A stretch of 63,132 bases of DNA, counting the filler, from Rhabdomonas costata (Eukaryota): assembly GCA_019059605.1 (NCBI GenBank). It is 48 parts of 48 records of this genome, joined end to end, with 100 filler letters (N's around TTAATTAATTAA, not from the genome) between each part and the next. Parts side by side here need not be neighbours in the genome. Positions count along the whole stretch, not along the records: positions 10,545 to 11,762 come from JAHMHO010023184.1; positions 11,863 to 13,080 come from JAHMHO010023185.1; positions 13,181 to 14,398 come from JAHMHO010023186.1; positions 14,499 to 15,716 come from JAHMHO010023187.1; positions 15,817 to 17,034 come from JAHMHO010023188.1; positions 17,135 to 18,352 come from JAHMHO010023189.1; positions 18,453 to 19,669 come from JAHMHO010023190.1; positions 19,770 to 20,987 come from JAHMHO010023191.1; 40 more parts are not named here. One strand, 5' to 3'. Below the pieces are notes generated by a model. It made no database searches. It was not told where the DNA came from and was given only the letters and a program-made list of their open reading frames with translations. Both the position numbers and the translations under genes were made by a program. Shown here piece after piece: positions 10,697-24,056 of the stretch. How positions within the stretch are numbered: position 1 is the first letter of the stretch; every line of letters begins with the position of its first letter.

Positions 10697-10966
10697 GTCA
10701 TGGATAAGCACCTTCGGGAGCTCGCGTTCTCGATGATGGCGGTGAAGTTCCTGAAACTGGATGCGGAGAAGGCCCGGTTCTTTGTGGGCAAGTTGGCGAT
10801 CCGCACCCTTCCCACCGTGGTGTTCTTCCGCGACGGGGTGGCCTTTGGGCGGGTCGTGGGCTTTGAGGGGCTCGGCAGCGAGGACCATGGCGGGGAGGAC
10901 TTCTCGCCTGAGGCGCTGGGCACTCGCATCCGCGAGGGCTTCAGCAGTTCCGTGCCTCTAGAGTGA
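10697..10966 (+). CDS. Phosducin-like / thioredoxin-domain protein (TXNDC9/PhLP3 family) exon
   Basis: After a CAG acceptor: VMDKHLRELA...KFLKLDAEKARFFVGKLAIRTLPTVVFFRDGVAFGRVVGFEGLG...EDFSPEAL. Confidence 0.85.
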   Translation, partial: VMDKHLRELAFSMMAVKFLKLDAEKARFFVGKLAIRTLPTVVFFRDGVAFGRVVGFEGLGSEDHGGEDFSPEALGTRIREGFSSSVPLE

Positions 10967-13900
10967 GTGGGGTGTCCGGTGACCTGTGTGAGAAGCAATA
11001 CTCTTTTCACCCTGTTAAACCTTTGCGTGTGTGCTGCATGTTCCTAGGGATCTGGATGGTTGTGGTTTGTTAGGGGCTGCTTTTTTGGCGGTCCGTTTGG
11101 CGGTGTGTCTCCCCGCCGCCGCATTGTTCTTCCGTGGTTTTCGGAGACTGGCTCTTTGCTCAAACCCTGCGGGGAACCAAAACCCTTCGGTGGTTTTCTC
11201 ATTTTATGCCCTTGCCGTGAATTCAAGTGGAGACCGGAGTTTTCCGTGTCGGAGGAGTGCTGAAAAGTACGTAGTGATGTACTTCTGCGCACCTGGTTCG
11301 CATAACGCCAAAAAATAACACGAAAAAGGGGGTACTTGGATGCCTTAAAAGCCTCAATCTCAGCGTGCACAGTAATTTTATCAAATCATACGTAAGGAAA
11401 TGGCAAAGACAGCAAAGTGGCGAGAAGCTTCCTTGCAAGGATCGAGTCGCTCGAATGATGAGTAGTGCACCATCATACAGGTAGGTGGGCGACGATGGCA
11501 AGAAACAGTTAACATGAAGGCAAAGATTTATTGCTGGACAGACTGGTAGGAAGGAAAAACGGGGACTGCGAGGCACTGATTGTGGGAGCATCGGCAATAC
11601 AGGTGGTTTGGGAGGAGGGTTTGCTGATGTATCTTAAGTGTGTGATTGTTTTCGAGTTTCCGCAGAGTATTCAATTTCGCAGAGGTTTGTTTTGGGAAGG
11701 GGAGCAGCGCGCAAAAGAAAAATAGGCAAGCAAGCAGTATAACAAACAAACAAACAACCACANNNNNNNNNNNNNNNNNNNNNNNNNNNNNNNNNNNNNN
11801 NNNNNNTTAATTAATTAANNNNNNNNNNNNNNNNNNNNNNNNNNNNNNNNNNNNNNNNNNNNGGGGTTGTTGGGTAGTGCAGATGAGGGCACTGAGCTTC
11901 GGACACAAAGCAGCAGCAGCATTATTAACAGGAGAAAAGCTGAATGGGGAGAAAAATCACCGGAGTTCAGGAGTTCGGCAACAAACAAACAGTACAAGGA
12001 GGAACGAAAAGATGGGAAGGGGAAACAAAACGGTTTGTTTTGATTTGGTAGCGTGCAGGGCAGCAGGGCAGACTTCTTACTTCTGTTGGTTTCTTCCTAC
12101 CCCTAGTTACATGCCAATTCCTGAGATTAGGACCTGCAAGTTTGGAATTTTTCTGGGAACGTTGCAAAAATGCTGTTGCTGCTTCCACATCCTAGGTATG
12201 AGGTTCTCGATTTTCCTTTTTTGCTTTGCAGCCCTTCAGCCATCCCACGAGCACATCTCCACTCAGGGCTTCCTCGTTGTCCTCAGCTACGGAGGTTTTT
12301 TTTTGCGTATTGCAAGTTTGTGTGTTCGCAGTGCCCCCCATCACTTCCCCTTCACCATCGCTCTTTTCTCTGCTGTACCATTGACCTCCATAATTTTGGG
12401 CGTTTCCGCTGCCTGCTGGTCTCCACATCGCTTTCGTGTGCAGGCCGACCCGCTGCCTGCGACGGAGAAGCTCGGGCAGCTTTTCCTTTCAGGTCTTTCT
12501 CTTCTTCTTCACGTTTCTCGGAAACACCCCTGAAACCAAGAATGGCCTCCTTTCACCCCGGTGACTTGTTTCCCCGTAACTAAATGACACCATCCAGGAC
12601 TGTATTTCTTTTGCCTGGTGCACCCTTCCCATTCTCAAATGCATCTTTCGCGTCATGTTTACTCCTGCTCTTTTGCTCTTTGGCTTCGTGTTGCGTGCAT
12701 TTTATGAGAGCAGGACGAGCTTGGGTGTGTTTCCGCTTGCTTTCATAGTGATTGCCGCGGAGCTGCAGGGACGGAGCGACGGTGTGCTTTCATTCATTCA
12801 TTCTTGCATTCATTTTTTTCTTGTTAACGTGTGCTTTCTGCACGGGAGGGGCGGAATGTAAAACCATTCGGAATCATACCTCAAAAGGTCCCGTGTGGGC
12901 TGAAGCCGAAGCATGCAAAATTCTGCGAGACCGTCCAGTGGCTCTTTCAGCGGCTCTTTTTATCGTTCCTGTAGCTTTTGTTTTGAGGCGGGAGTCATGA
13001 AAACCCAACACAAAGTCAAAAGAGTTCAGGTGCCAACACACTGATGCTTCAAAGGAAAAAGGCAAGAACGATAAAAACAANNNNNNNNNNNNNNNNNNNN
13101 NNNNNNNNNNNNNNNNNNNNNNNNTTAATTAATTAANNNNNNNNNNNNNNNNNNNNNNNNNNNNNNNNNNNNNNNNNNNNGTGCCAAGTGGATCTGGGAG
13201 AAAAATATTACTAAAGGGATTACGGCAAAGAAACTAGGGATCCTAAATAAAGATCAAACAAGACCCCTGCGCAAACCAGTGAAAATACCCTGTCTGTTTG
13301 AAGAAGGGAAGTAATGGAATATCAATCAACGCATCAGCTTCGATGCTTCACACCAGTGGCCTCTCGATGAATCTAGTGCCCGTATTGCTTTAAGACCTTC
13401 AAGAGTGAAGGGCCGAAATGAAACAAAAATATCAGAGCTCAAAGGGCCGTGGCCGTTCCCCGCACCGAAGCTGCCTCTTCTCATCGGATGCCCGCTGAAA
13501 CTGTTTCGAGAGCGTTTTGGGACAGTCCCGCAGCTCACTTATCGCCATCCCACCCACGGGACCGTAAACATCACACGGACTGACGGTCAGTTCAACATAG
13601 CCGATAACCAAAAGGCGGTCTGTGGGCGGTCGCTCCCAACGGTGAACACACCTTCAGGAACAGCTCGGAGTTGGTGAATCTTACGCAAAGGGAGGCAACG
13701 GCTTCTCCAGAGAGCAGAGACTCCCAACGAGTAAGAAAAACCTGTGAGGGGTATAGTAAATAAGCGGCATTGGCGGACGAAAATGGGCCCAGTGGTCTTT
13801 TTGGAGTGGTGGTTACTCTCGAGTTTCCACTGCTTTCTGGGGATAGGAAGTGCATTTTTCAGGAATTTAAGCAAGAAAAGTCTGGTTCTATTTTTTGAGT

Positions 13901-16900
13901 GGTGAAGGAGACCCCCACTACCCTGGCTAGACACTATCGACCTTGAACACCCAACCCCCATTTTTAAAGTGGTAATAAAGATAGTGGGTCTAGCTAGCTA
14001 GCTAGCTAGCGAACTAACTAACCATGTAACTGTCTGTCTTTCTAAATCAATGAGCCACACAGAAAAAAGCTTTGGTGAATGGTTGCTGCAGTTGGTGGTA
14101 CAAACTATAGAATGAGTCTGCGTTCAGATTTTCAGGTTCTCTCTGCGGAAAAAACCAGTGTTTAATTCCATATAAAAAGTCTAACTCCAACTGGACAGCT
14201 TTTTGAAACGCACTCACAACGAGGAATGGTCAACCCCCCGCACCCCCTCCCTATTCCAACCTCAGAGGTGTTTCGGCTCATAACGGCATGGCGCTCGTTT
14301 ATTCCTCGAAAGTCGTCCCCGACAGGGACCCAAACCCGCTCCACTGCTAAGGCCTCAAGCGGGGGATGGGGTGCCAGCCAGTGGGCGTCGATTCTGGANN
14401 NNNNNNNNNNNNNNNNNNNNNNNNNNNNNNNNNNNNNNNNNNTTAATTAATTAANNNNNNNNNNNNNNNNNNNNNNNNNNNNNNNNNNNNNNNNNNNNGT
14501 GTTTTTTTACTGTGTGACAGGGGTTTTTTGAATCGAGCTTTGCCATATGCTTTTTGATGTTTAGCGGTGTGTAACGGGGCATTCCCATTCCTTTTTCCGG
14601 TTTTGGTCCAAGCTATTTCTTCTTCACGGCAGTGCCCATGTAGTGTTATTTCTTGGTGGTGGTGGGGTGTTCTTCTTTCGGGCTTGTGCCCTCTCTGTGC
14701 CTGTTGTGCATAGAGCCAAGGGATGAGCCTACCGAGGATGTTCACAACCACAACCCTGCAGAGACCCTTCAGTGATCCCCTCTGCTAGCAGACCGCCTCC
14801 TCCTCTGGAATCAGCTGCTCGCCCCTCGCCGCCTCCAGCGTCGAGCTAATGCTGGTGATGGACTATTGCAGCAGTGAGTGTCAGTCGCAGACACGATGCA
14901 GATGAACGCACGTTTCGTCGTTGCGTAGGGCGCTCCTAGACATTCAAGGGACCCGTGGGCTTCTTCTACAATCGCTTGGGTGCTAGGGACCATCCACTCC
15001 GACACGTTGTTGTGGACTGTCCGCTGAAGGTTCAGCGGTGTACTACCGCATGAACGCCTGTACTGTACCCGTTCACACTATATCCAGTGGCCGCCCGATC
15101 GTCTCAGAAGCACATGGTGAGCTTGCCCTCCAGGGGAGGGGGTCGTGACTGTGATCCCTTTTGCTCCTCGCAAGCACGGCACAGAAGTCACGTGCCGCTG
15201 GATTGCTGCAAGACCTACGGAAGGGTTCGAACATTCCCAATTGTATGAAATTCAGATGAAAACGAGATGTGTGTGTTCACGTTCGTTTCCCCCGCTGTTG
15301 AAAAGCCTGAAAAAGGGGATGCCGTGATGATTTCACTTTTCGTTCTTTCTCGAATACTAGCAGAGCCGTTTTTCCTGTAACTTTGGCGTACGTCTGCTGA
15401 TGTTGTTTATACACACATGCATACACACGCTCCCTCAGAATTTCGATTGCAAGATTTTGCCTTCCTCAGAAGCAGAAAGAGGTGATCCACGTTTCTTCAG
15501 GGGACATCTGGCCTTTTATATAAGCGGACGGTAGCCAAAAGAGAAAGAGAGTGGGGACCGAATTGGGGGAAACGGTGACCACCATCGGCGGTTGTATATG
15601 AGATATGGCATTTGCCGTGGCGTGTTTGACTTTCTCGTCTCAAGCGAGTTCTTAAACCCAGATCGCTCTACCGTCATTACCCCCCGAAAGCGCGCACACC
15701 CCACCTTCGACCACGCNNNNNNNNNNNNNNNNNNNNNNNNNNNNNNNNNNNNNNNNNNNNTTAATTAATTAANNNNNNNNNNNNNNNNNNNNNNNNNNNN
15801 NNNNNNNNNNNNNNNNTGTTGGTTGGGTAACATATGCTTTATATTTGTGAATACGCAATGCTTCAAACTATCGATTAACTGTGTGGCATGCTTGCTTTAG
15901 TTTGCTGGATGCGACCCATAACTGGTTTTGATCATGGACCCGTGAAACATGAACCAAAGAAAATTGAGATTGATACGCTACTTCTGAGCTTGGTAAGTTG
16001 CCTTGCTTGCTGCATTGCGAACAATTGTGTGAAAAACAGAGATGTTTTAGGTGCAGCTTGTCATATTCATGTAAAAGTGCCTCTGAAACGTCGCTTGATA
16101 TTACTCGTCCATGGACATGTACGCAAGTCATCGGTGGTGTAAAGTTGCTGTTAATGCGTCTCAGTTGGTGACTAATTGACACAAGGCACAGTACACTGGA
16201 CAGTAGGCCACCATAAAATGTTTCCTGGAGATCAAGTCACTCACCTGGAGAGTAAAAAATACATTGTGCTAACGTGTCAATGTTTATCAATTCGGACCCA
16301 CGATCTAATACTGTTGGTATGTGTGTAGATGTCTGTCACTGGCACACAGCTGAATAACAAAAGTTTGACTGATCTCATTCAATCAGGGTCGGCACGCAAA
16401 GAACAGAGTGAGTTGTGTACATGGGATGGTTCCCTTTGTCTGACGCTTTTGAACGAATCTGTGCAATCACATGCTCAACAATCTTGACGAGCACTGTCAC
16501 ATTTCTATGCAAGATTCCATTGAGTTTTCCATTGTGTTTTGTGGCTGCTACACTATGGGTCACTTCTAAACTGTGCTGCGCCGCGTGTGCTTTGTCAACG
16601 TGGTGAATGGGTACTAACATATGTCATTGTAGTGGAATCGTTGGACGTGATTTATCTTTCCTATGTATGAAGAAAATAATGCGAACAATTTATCAAACCA
16701 CAACTAGAAATAACGCGATTGCCCGCATAAACAAGAAATGTGTCTTTAAATCACATATATCTGATATAAACAATCACGTAAACGTAGTGAATGTGATTGA
16801 CCAAGCGCCAGTATGCCAAAAGTCCACTGTAGAGCCTGCGCATTGGGATCTGAATAAGTTTAGTCTTCACAACCAAAGCTCGACTGAGAAAATTAAATGA

Positions 16901-19781
16901 CACTCTATAGTCGATGGGTGACTTTGTGGTTCTAAATGCTTGCGCAAAGCACTGAGTAAACCACATGAAGTGGCAGTTGTTCAATCTCCTGGTTGGGACC
17001 ATATTTGGCCCCCCCAAACCAAACCACCAACCCCNNNNNNNNNNNNNNNNNNNNNNNNNNNNNNNNNNNNNNNNNNNNTTAATTAATTAANNNNNNNNNN
17101 NNNNNNNNNNNNNNNNNNNNNNNNNNNNNNNNNNTGCAGGAGCTCCTGCTCTCTCCGGCCATCCTTAAGGTGCACGACCGTTTTTTTTTCGTTTTGCGCG
17201 CGCGTTGTTGTGCCGTACCGAAGGTTCCAGCTGAAAATGCTCTTGAGTGTGAACCTGCAGTTTTTTGTAGCTGGTTGCTATTTGGGGGCAGGTTCGGGGT
17301 TAAGCTCTTTTGATGGTTGCTTATCTCGCTATTGCTTTTCTGCCTTCCCTTACCATTGATGGACCTCGTCAAAGTTTCACCTTGGGCTTCCTCCGCAATA
17401 GGTATTAAAAAGAACAGTGTCCACGTCACACCCAGGATGCATAACTCGCCACATAAGATCAGGCATAAGGGCGTTCGACAAGTCTTCCAACTAAAGCAAT
17501 GAACACTGCCCCACTTATCCGCACCGGAAGGTCCCGCTTGGGTGCAGCGCAGTATTCCTGTAGTTAGCCCCCCTAGCCGTCTAAAGTGGAGGGGGGCTAC
17601 AGGTTGGGGCCAGCCCGCACGGCGACTGTCGCGCCCTCCTGGCCAGCTACGGACTGCAGCACGACCCTTCCTCACTGTGCTGCGTCACCCGGATGCTGGG
17701 CTCGTACGTACCGCTGCGGGGGCGGCGCTTCAGGCCAGGGTTGTGGAGGAAAAGTCGAGAGGACCAGATCTCCCATGCCGGCCTCAAGGACTACGCGGAC
17801 TACCTGCTCGGGGTGTGTTTGTTATTACGTTCGGTCCTCATGCAAGCTGGCTGATGCAGGAGCCCCAATCCCGTCTCCTATGTTTCTTAGGAGCTTCAGT
17901 CAGGACCAGAGGAACTGTGGTGACTGGATGTCTTGTTATAATTCGCCAACGGTGCGCTGTGGCATCTGGGACGTTTAAGCGTCAAAACCAGACTGGCCCA
18001 CAACCCCTGCCGCATCCGCCACTTCACTATTGCGCCAGATCCCCGACCCCTCAGACCGAAACTGGCAAGCTGGGCGGGGGGGGGGGCGTTCTCCTTGCGC
18101 TCTCCGGAACTTCACGGGACAACCCCCAGTCCCCCCCTCCCCTCACGCACACGCATGCACTGTGTTTGAATTCACCCCACAATGCCGGGTGCTCTCTGAA
18201 CTACAGTATTAGTTGTAACAAAACAGCACCCACAGGCCGGTGGGTTTTCGCCAGTACCACAGGTTACGTGTACAAAAACGTTCACTGCACTCCTTGCTAT
18301 CGGTTTGGCAATGATGTTTTAAAAATGAAATATGCCGGCACCCCCCCCACAANNNNNNNNNNNNNNNNNNNNNNNNNNNNNNNNNNNNNNNNNNNNTTAA
18401 TTAATTAANNNNNNNNNNNNNNNNNNNNNNNNNNNNNNNNNNNNNNNNNNNNGGGGTGTGGCAGGCTATGGCTATAATACCCCAATACAGCTATTACTCG
18501 TGTTCCCTGGGATCCCAATAAGAGCTTTTGCAGGGGGTTGGAGGGCCAATAGAAGCTTTTGCCCTTTTGAAACTGTGCGAGCACATTCGGGACGGCTATT
18601 TTCAGTGATTGTGCCTCTGTTTTCATTCCCTTTATTCAGAAAAAGGGGGTTAGGACACTTTGCATGCTTCAGGATTTCCAATAAACAGCATGCAGGGGGT
18701 TAGGAAGCCTTGCTCGTGTTCCCACTTAGGGGGAGTACAGTAGTAAAGCTATGCCAATTGTTCTTCTGAGTTCTTCTCAGGCCTCCAAGTTTTTTCCACT
18801 TCTCCAATTAAGGGAATGTATAAAATCTCTTACCTTCCAAACGTGACCAAATCGGGAGCTTGTATCTTTTGCGGCTTCGGGTGTGCCCTTCAGGGTTTGA
18901 CCCTCAGCCAGAGATTCTGAGCGTTGCACAGGCTCGCTCCATGGCCTCGAAGGTGACCTTCCTATTGCCTGGCCCTGGGGTCATTGAAAAGCTCAAGGCA
19001 AAGGTTTGGGCAGCCCGCTCTCTGTTTTCTTTCTTCTCTTTCCTTGCTTTTTTGTCTCTTCTGTCTTTCTTAACTCTTTTTGAGTGATGCTGTGCTGTTG
19101 GGAGGATGTACGGTGCAAAAATCGACCCATCTCGACGCGGCACTTGTGGCGGCTGAAAGTGGTTTGATTCATGTGGAAGGGCTGAGGGCGAAAAACTTGT
19201 GGACTTCAGTGGGGAGTGCGAGGTTGGATGTGTGCTAGGAAGGTTATTTTTCTGGCGAGTGCGGGGAGATTCGGACGGATGTGTATCCATTGATGAGTCT
19301 TTGCTACATTGGTGGTTTTTGAGGAGGCGGGTTTTGGTTCTGAGCTCCCCTTTTTGTATCGAGTCGGGTTGTGATTGGCTGGCGCTGGTAAATTGTATGG
19401 AATTTCTACCTCCTGGATGGAAATTTGAAAAGTTTTTTTTGAAGGACCAGTCTGTAGCTGAGCGATGGCGTTGGAGTTTGGCGGCCGAGTGAAACAGCTT
19501 CAGTTTCAGTTTCAGTTTAAGGCCGGGGTGGGCGGCCCAGTCAGAGCTAAAGACACGATTGCACAATTTCAGAATTTCCTATGCTCATTACTGTTGCTAT
19601 CATATGCAGGTTTTGCTTTTTGAGTACGTCCCGCTTTGTTTTCTTGTTATCATGTCTGTCCAAAAAAAANNNNNNNNNNNNNNNNNNNNNNNNNNNNNNN
19701 NNNNNNNNNNNNNTTAATTAATTAANNNNNNNNNNNNNNNNNNNNNNNNNNNNNNNNNNNNNNNNNNNNGTTGGTCCAGAT

Positions 19782-19996
19782 CACCTGGGTGATCTGGACC
19801 ATTACAACTCTGCTATGATCTCTCGCCAAGCTGTGTATAGGTAGCCTGACCGAGCGTTTGGTCAGGAGCTGGCGCGCGAGAGGCTGCGCTCCGTCTCCGC
19901 TTACCTTGTCGGCTCTCTGGAATCTCTATGAAACCTCTGGAAACTAGTCTCTGGAAACACAGCGCGGAAATGAGGAGCACCTTGGTGACCTGGACC
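19782..19996 (+). repeat. Interspersed repeat family, copy 1 (~200 bp)
   Basis: Ordered motifs TAGCCTGACC-N7-GGTCAGGAGCTGGC, CTCTGGAAA repeats and CACCTkGGTGAyyTGGrCC recur at 22520-22731 in an unrelated contig. Confidence 0.65.
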
Positions 19997-20903
19997 GTGG
20001 CATGCCTAAAACGGAAAACGTCCTAATGGACGGGCGACGGCCGATCACTCATGGCCACGCCGCTTTGGAAAACTTTGGAAAAGCACCTGTGTAACTCGTC
20101 CTCGGGAACATCTCTGCACCAGATCTCCGGCCACTTACTTTTCAACAGGCGAACTACACACGCTCTTGAAAGAAACCACATGACGCAACGTCCCAAGGAG
20201 CCGGGGCCAAAAATAGCGGAAAGGCAGCCCTTATTTTTCTGATTAGTTTTCGCTTCTTGGGGCCGTCTGATGTTGCCAACCGTCTCCGTCTCCGTCATCA
20301 GGCGTTTGATCATTAGAGCGGCCGCAAAAAACTGGAAGGGACGCCTTTGCACCCAGGCTTGCCCCCAAATAGCAAAGCTTTCGAATCCCAAAGCCTTGGA
20401 CTCCCTGATTTACCCCGAATTCCCCGCTTTTCAGGTATGGCCCGAAAAATCCACAAATTCCGTGCGGAAACGGTCCGGAAGCGGCTGTGCTCGTGGAGCT
20501 GGGCGGGTGGTCCCCGACAAGGTTGCTGCGCTGCTTTGCCGGCCGGAGACGGTGTCACAAAGCATGGCAGAAATAAAGCCGCGGCGGCGACGGAGGATGA
20601 GGCGCGACATGGTAGGAGGGCGCCAGAACCCGAGTGAAACCCGAGGATAAACCAAGAGAAAGAAAAGGCGGAGGAAACAAGTCATGTCTTGCTAGGCCAT
20701 GCTGCTTTTCCCAAGTCCAAGTCACCAAGTCCCCACTCACAATTCCTGCCTTAAGACGAAGAAACCGAGGCACTTCGAAACGTGACAAGTTGGTTCACGA
20801 AGCGCTTACACCGAGGACTTCCTACTTGGAGACTCGCATCTCTTCCACGTGAGGCACACTTTTACTATATCTGAAGCACTCCATGTGGGAGGCGGAGGTC
20901 GAA

Positions 20904-20979
20904 GGGCAAGAATAACGTCCACAAAAAGACGGCTGTACAGATCAGTACAGCCGTCTTTTTGTGGACGTTATTCTTGCCC
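20904..20979. repeat. Perfect 35-bp hairpin at contig end
   Basis: 20904-20938 is the reverse complement of 20945-20979, with a 6-nt loop. Confidence 0.95.
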
Positions 20980-21087
20980 AACAACCCNNNNNNNNNNNNN
21001 NNNNNNNNNNNNNNNNNNNNNNNNNNNNNNNTTAATTAATTAANNNNNNNNNNNNNNNNNNNNNNNNNNNNNNNNNNNNNNNNNNNN

Positions 21088-22000
21088 GGGTTTGTGGGCT
21101 ATGAAGATTCCAACTTCGGAAGCCGTCAGAACAAGCCATTGGATGAAACGTAGCGTGCGCAGCCAACGGAGTAGTGCGAGCTGGCGGAGAAAGATATCAG
21201 TGAGGGAAGAAAAGATGGTTGAGATGAATTAAAATTGATTGGAAATTAAGTGCACTGGAGAGGTGTGAAGAACTTTTCCCAGCCATTGCAATGTATGTGC
21301 GGGTGTGAAATTGCTCTTGTCATTAAGCAGGAAGCCCACTTTTTTAAGCAGAAATGCGGCGTAGTGAGTACACAAAAGATAACGAAAGGGAACTAAATTA
21401 ATTTGTGAATATTTATGAAAACACACCGGCGTGTTGAAAGTTACGTGGTAAATTGCTTTAAAGAGAAGGTAAAGTTACCTGAAAGTAATTACATTTACTC
21501 AAAGTTTTACACCACGTTTCTAAAGTACGGAAGCTCAGGCAGCAGATCAGCAGCACAGATGCTGTGGAACAAAAAAGCAGGCAGTATCATATAAGTATTG
21601 GCGAAGACAAAGTGAGAAAGAAAGGGTCTGTGTTGCAGAAAAGAAGATCGTCAATAATTGAAACACGGATGGAAGGATGGTGCGTAGAGACCAGCCGAAG
21701 GGCAGCAGCCGTGAAGCAGGTATTCCATGAGAGGTCTGAAGCGTGAAGTAACCAGATACAGATTGTGGTAGAGCTATGGACCAAAAAAAGTTCGCATTGT
21801 CAAAGAGGTTAAAATAGACTCGAGCTGAGTGAGTTTGAATGCTCTGGGCTTGTTAAAGCAATGAGGGAAGAAGTAACCAAGCAGGAAACGAGCTTTGCTG
21901 GGCGATTTATAGGTAAGTAAAGATGGAGATCGAAAGAGATGCAGTGAGGCTTGGAGCAGCGCGGCTCGGCAACTCAGGGCGAAAAATGAAAAATGGCCGG
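21088..22000 (-). mobile_element. Degenerate DIRS/Ngaro-like retrotransposon reverse transcriptase
   Basis: Frameshifted RT motifs in the correct order: KSPSKARFLL, FDNANFFWSIALP, LLPFGWS, SIIDDLLF, VGFLLNDKSNFTPAHTLQWLGK. Interrupted by a 235-bp insertion. Confidence 0.75.
21377..21611. mobile_element. 235-bp AT-rich insertion flanked by ACAAA direct repeats inside the RT
   Basis: ACAAA occurs at 21372-21376 and 21607-21611; deleting the insert restores DPFFLTL|CTHYAAFLLKKVGF in frame. Confidence 0.7.
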
Positions 22001-22519
22001 CGGTCGAGTGCCGTGGCACTGTTGGGTTGTGGAAATGAATGTGAAAGGGCAAAAGGAAAGAGATCAACAGCACAGTGGTAAAAACGTGCACACAACGGTG
22101 ACCAACCAGTTTTGTACCGACAGCTCTGTAGGAGGTCGCTGTGTGATGGTCTGGCCGAATGTGTCCTCGTCTTTGTTGTGTCGATTTTGAAGGAGTTTCA
22201 GGAGTCATGAGACTGAGCTGTCGTTTGCGCAATTCGGAGGGATTACGTGCAACTCAATGATGGCGAGTTTCAGTTGGGAATCAAGATGGGCAAGGGACAG
22301 ATGCANNNNNNNNNNNNNNNNNNNNNNNNNNNNNNNNNNNNNNNNNNNNTTAATTAATTAANNNNNNNNNNNNNNNNNNNNNNNNNNNNNNNNNNNNNNN
22401 NNNNNGGTTGGTGTGCTGGCTACCTCTTCCACGTGACTTCCATCCATTGGCCTGGCTCTCTGCCTCGCCCGGGGTCTTCACCACTGTCTCTATGCTGGCC
22501 TTCCATATCTCACCTGGCC

Positions 22520-22731
22520 CTGCTCTGCGCGCCTTCTCGCCCAGCTGGTTGATATATAGCCTGACCAAAGGCCTGGTCAGGAGCTGGCTCACAAGGAGCT
22601 GGGCTTCGACTTCTGTCTCAGCTGACCCTTGACAAAAGGGCACTCTGGAAACCTCTGGAAAATGTCTGTGTGCCACGCATGTGACTTTTCTCCTCTTTCT
22701 CTGGATGTGGAACACCTGGGTGATTTGGGCC
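22520..22731 (+). repeat. Interspersed repeat family, copy 2
   Basis: Same ordered motifs as 19782-19996. Confidence 0.65.
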
Positions 22732-23733
22732 TTTACATCAGGTGCTTCCTTTCGGTGGCGCGCTGGACCCGACAATTGCGGCGGCAATCGAGGCAAGGGA
22801 GGCCAAGCAGCCATGAAAGGGCGGCGCGGACCTGATTTGGCGCCATTGATATCCAGGTATTAGATCCAGTGAGCCAGTTCGGCGCGAGCGGGAGAAGGCT
22901 GGAAATGGCGCTCCGGGCGGCATTTGGTCAAAGCGGGCCGGTGTCTGTTAAAGTTAAGTGTTGGTTTTTCGGCTGGGGGGGTTTCCTTTTTATTATGCTC
23001 GTCTGTGGCGGACTCAGATTGGGGCGAAAGAGGGCGGAGAAAACCGGATCAGAAAACAAAAGCACACGAAGAAATGCGAGGATTTTATTCAAAAAATTTA
23101 TCCCCAGACACCGGGAAACCACACGGCTGGTGGAAAAGAGAAAAACCACGACAAAGGAAGCCGGGAAAATCGAAATACAAAGAAGCTCAGCTCCGCGTCG
23201 GACTAAACAAACGTCCAGAGAATATTTCGGGCCGATCGCGGAAAAGACAAACAAACCAGCGAGACTTACTGGCATCGTAGACATAGGCTGACTGCGTCGA
23301 TGTGTTGGCCTGACCTCATTTGCCTCATTTGCTGTCATGTGGCGCAGTTGCTGTGGCTCAGCATGTCCCCACCGAAGCTGCCCGTGCAGGGGTTTAGTAA
23401 GCAGCCGCTGTGGTGTGGCATGTGATTAGAAATGAATCCACCGCTGGAAGCGCCTGGATGTCGTACATTCTTCCTCCTCTCCACACCTTGACATTTCTGC
23501 GCTTCCAATCAATCTGAGGTTGCAGCCTCGTTAAAAATGGATAGCCCAGCACTAATGTATTGCCGTCTTGATCACTCTCAAAAACAATTTGATCGGCATG
23601 GTACCCAACCTTCCGACAACTCGNNNNNNNNNNNNNNNNNNNNNNNNNNNNNNNNNNNNNNNNNNNNTTAATTAATTAANNNNNNNNNNNNNNNNNNNNN
23701 NNNNNNNNNNNNNNNNNNNNNNNGTGTTTTTAC

Positions 23734-24056
23734 CATAGCACCAGCGCCGGCGCCAGGGTAAATACACACATCGTCACAAGGATGACGACTTTCAGGGGCA
23801 CCCTTAGCTTTGACTTGCCAGGGGTCTCCTGGGCAGGAAAGGGCTCTGCCCAAGCCCGTGCGGACTCCAGCGGATAGTTCTCGACCAGAGTGGCGGACGC
23901 AGAGTTGAGGGACCGCTCTACGGCAGGGGTGGCTGGGGTGCTGGTCTGAAGGGATCCGCCGTTGACTTCGCACCCAGACCCCGCGCTCAGCACATCCGTG
24001 GGAGGTTTCAGCACCCTTTGCAAATGACTTGCAGCTGACGAGGGAGCCGCCTGCAT
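23734..24056 (-). CDS. Membrane receptor N-terminus (possible receptor cyclase), first exon
   Basis: MQAAPSS... low-complexity tail, then KLRVPLKVVILVTMCVFTLAPALVLW (predicted TM helix), ending at a GT donor. Family assignment is inference. Confidence 0.45.

Noticed and set aside
13181-14100. Possible decayed transposon (AKWIWEK..., with a similar KAKWIW near 49105-49125)
   Set aside because: Only a short peptide resemblance; no diagnostic catalytic motif was found.
15817-17034. AT-richer contig with short ORFs, possibly viral or transposase relic
   Set aside because: No recognisable motif and all frames are broken.
17542-18352. 288-aa ORF
   Set aside because: Composition is not protein-like and no family was recognised; at most a small exon near 17760-17812 in another frame.
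18453-19566. Basic, low-complexity ORF as retroelement gag/ORF1
   Set aside because: Plausible, but no zinc knuckle or other diagnostic motif is visible.
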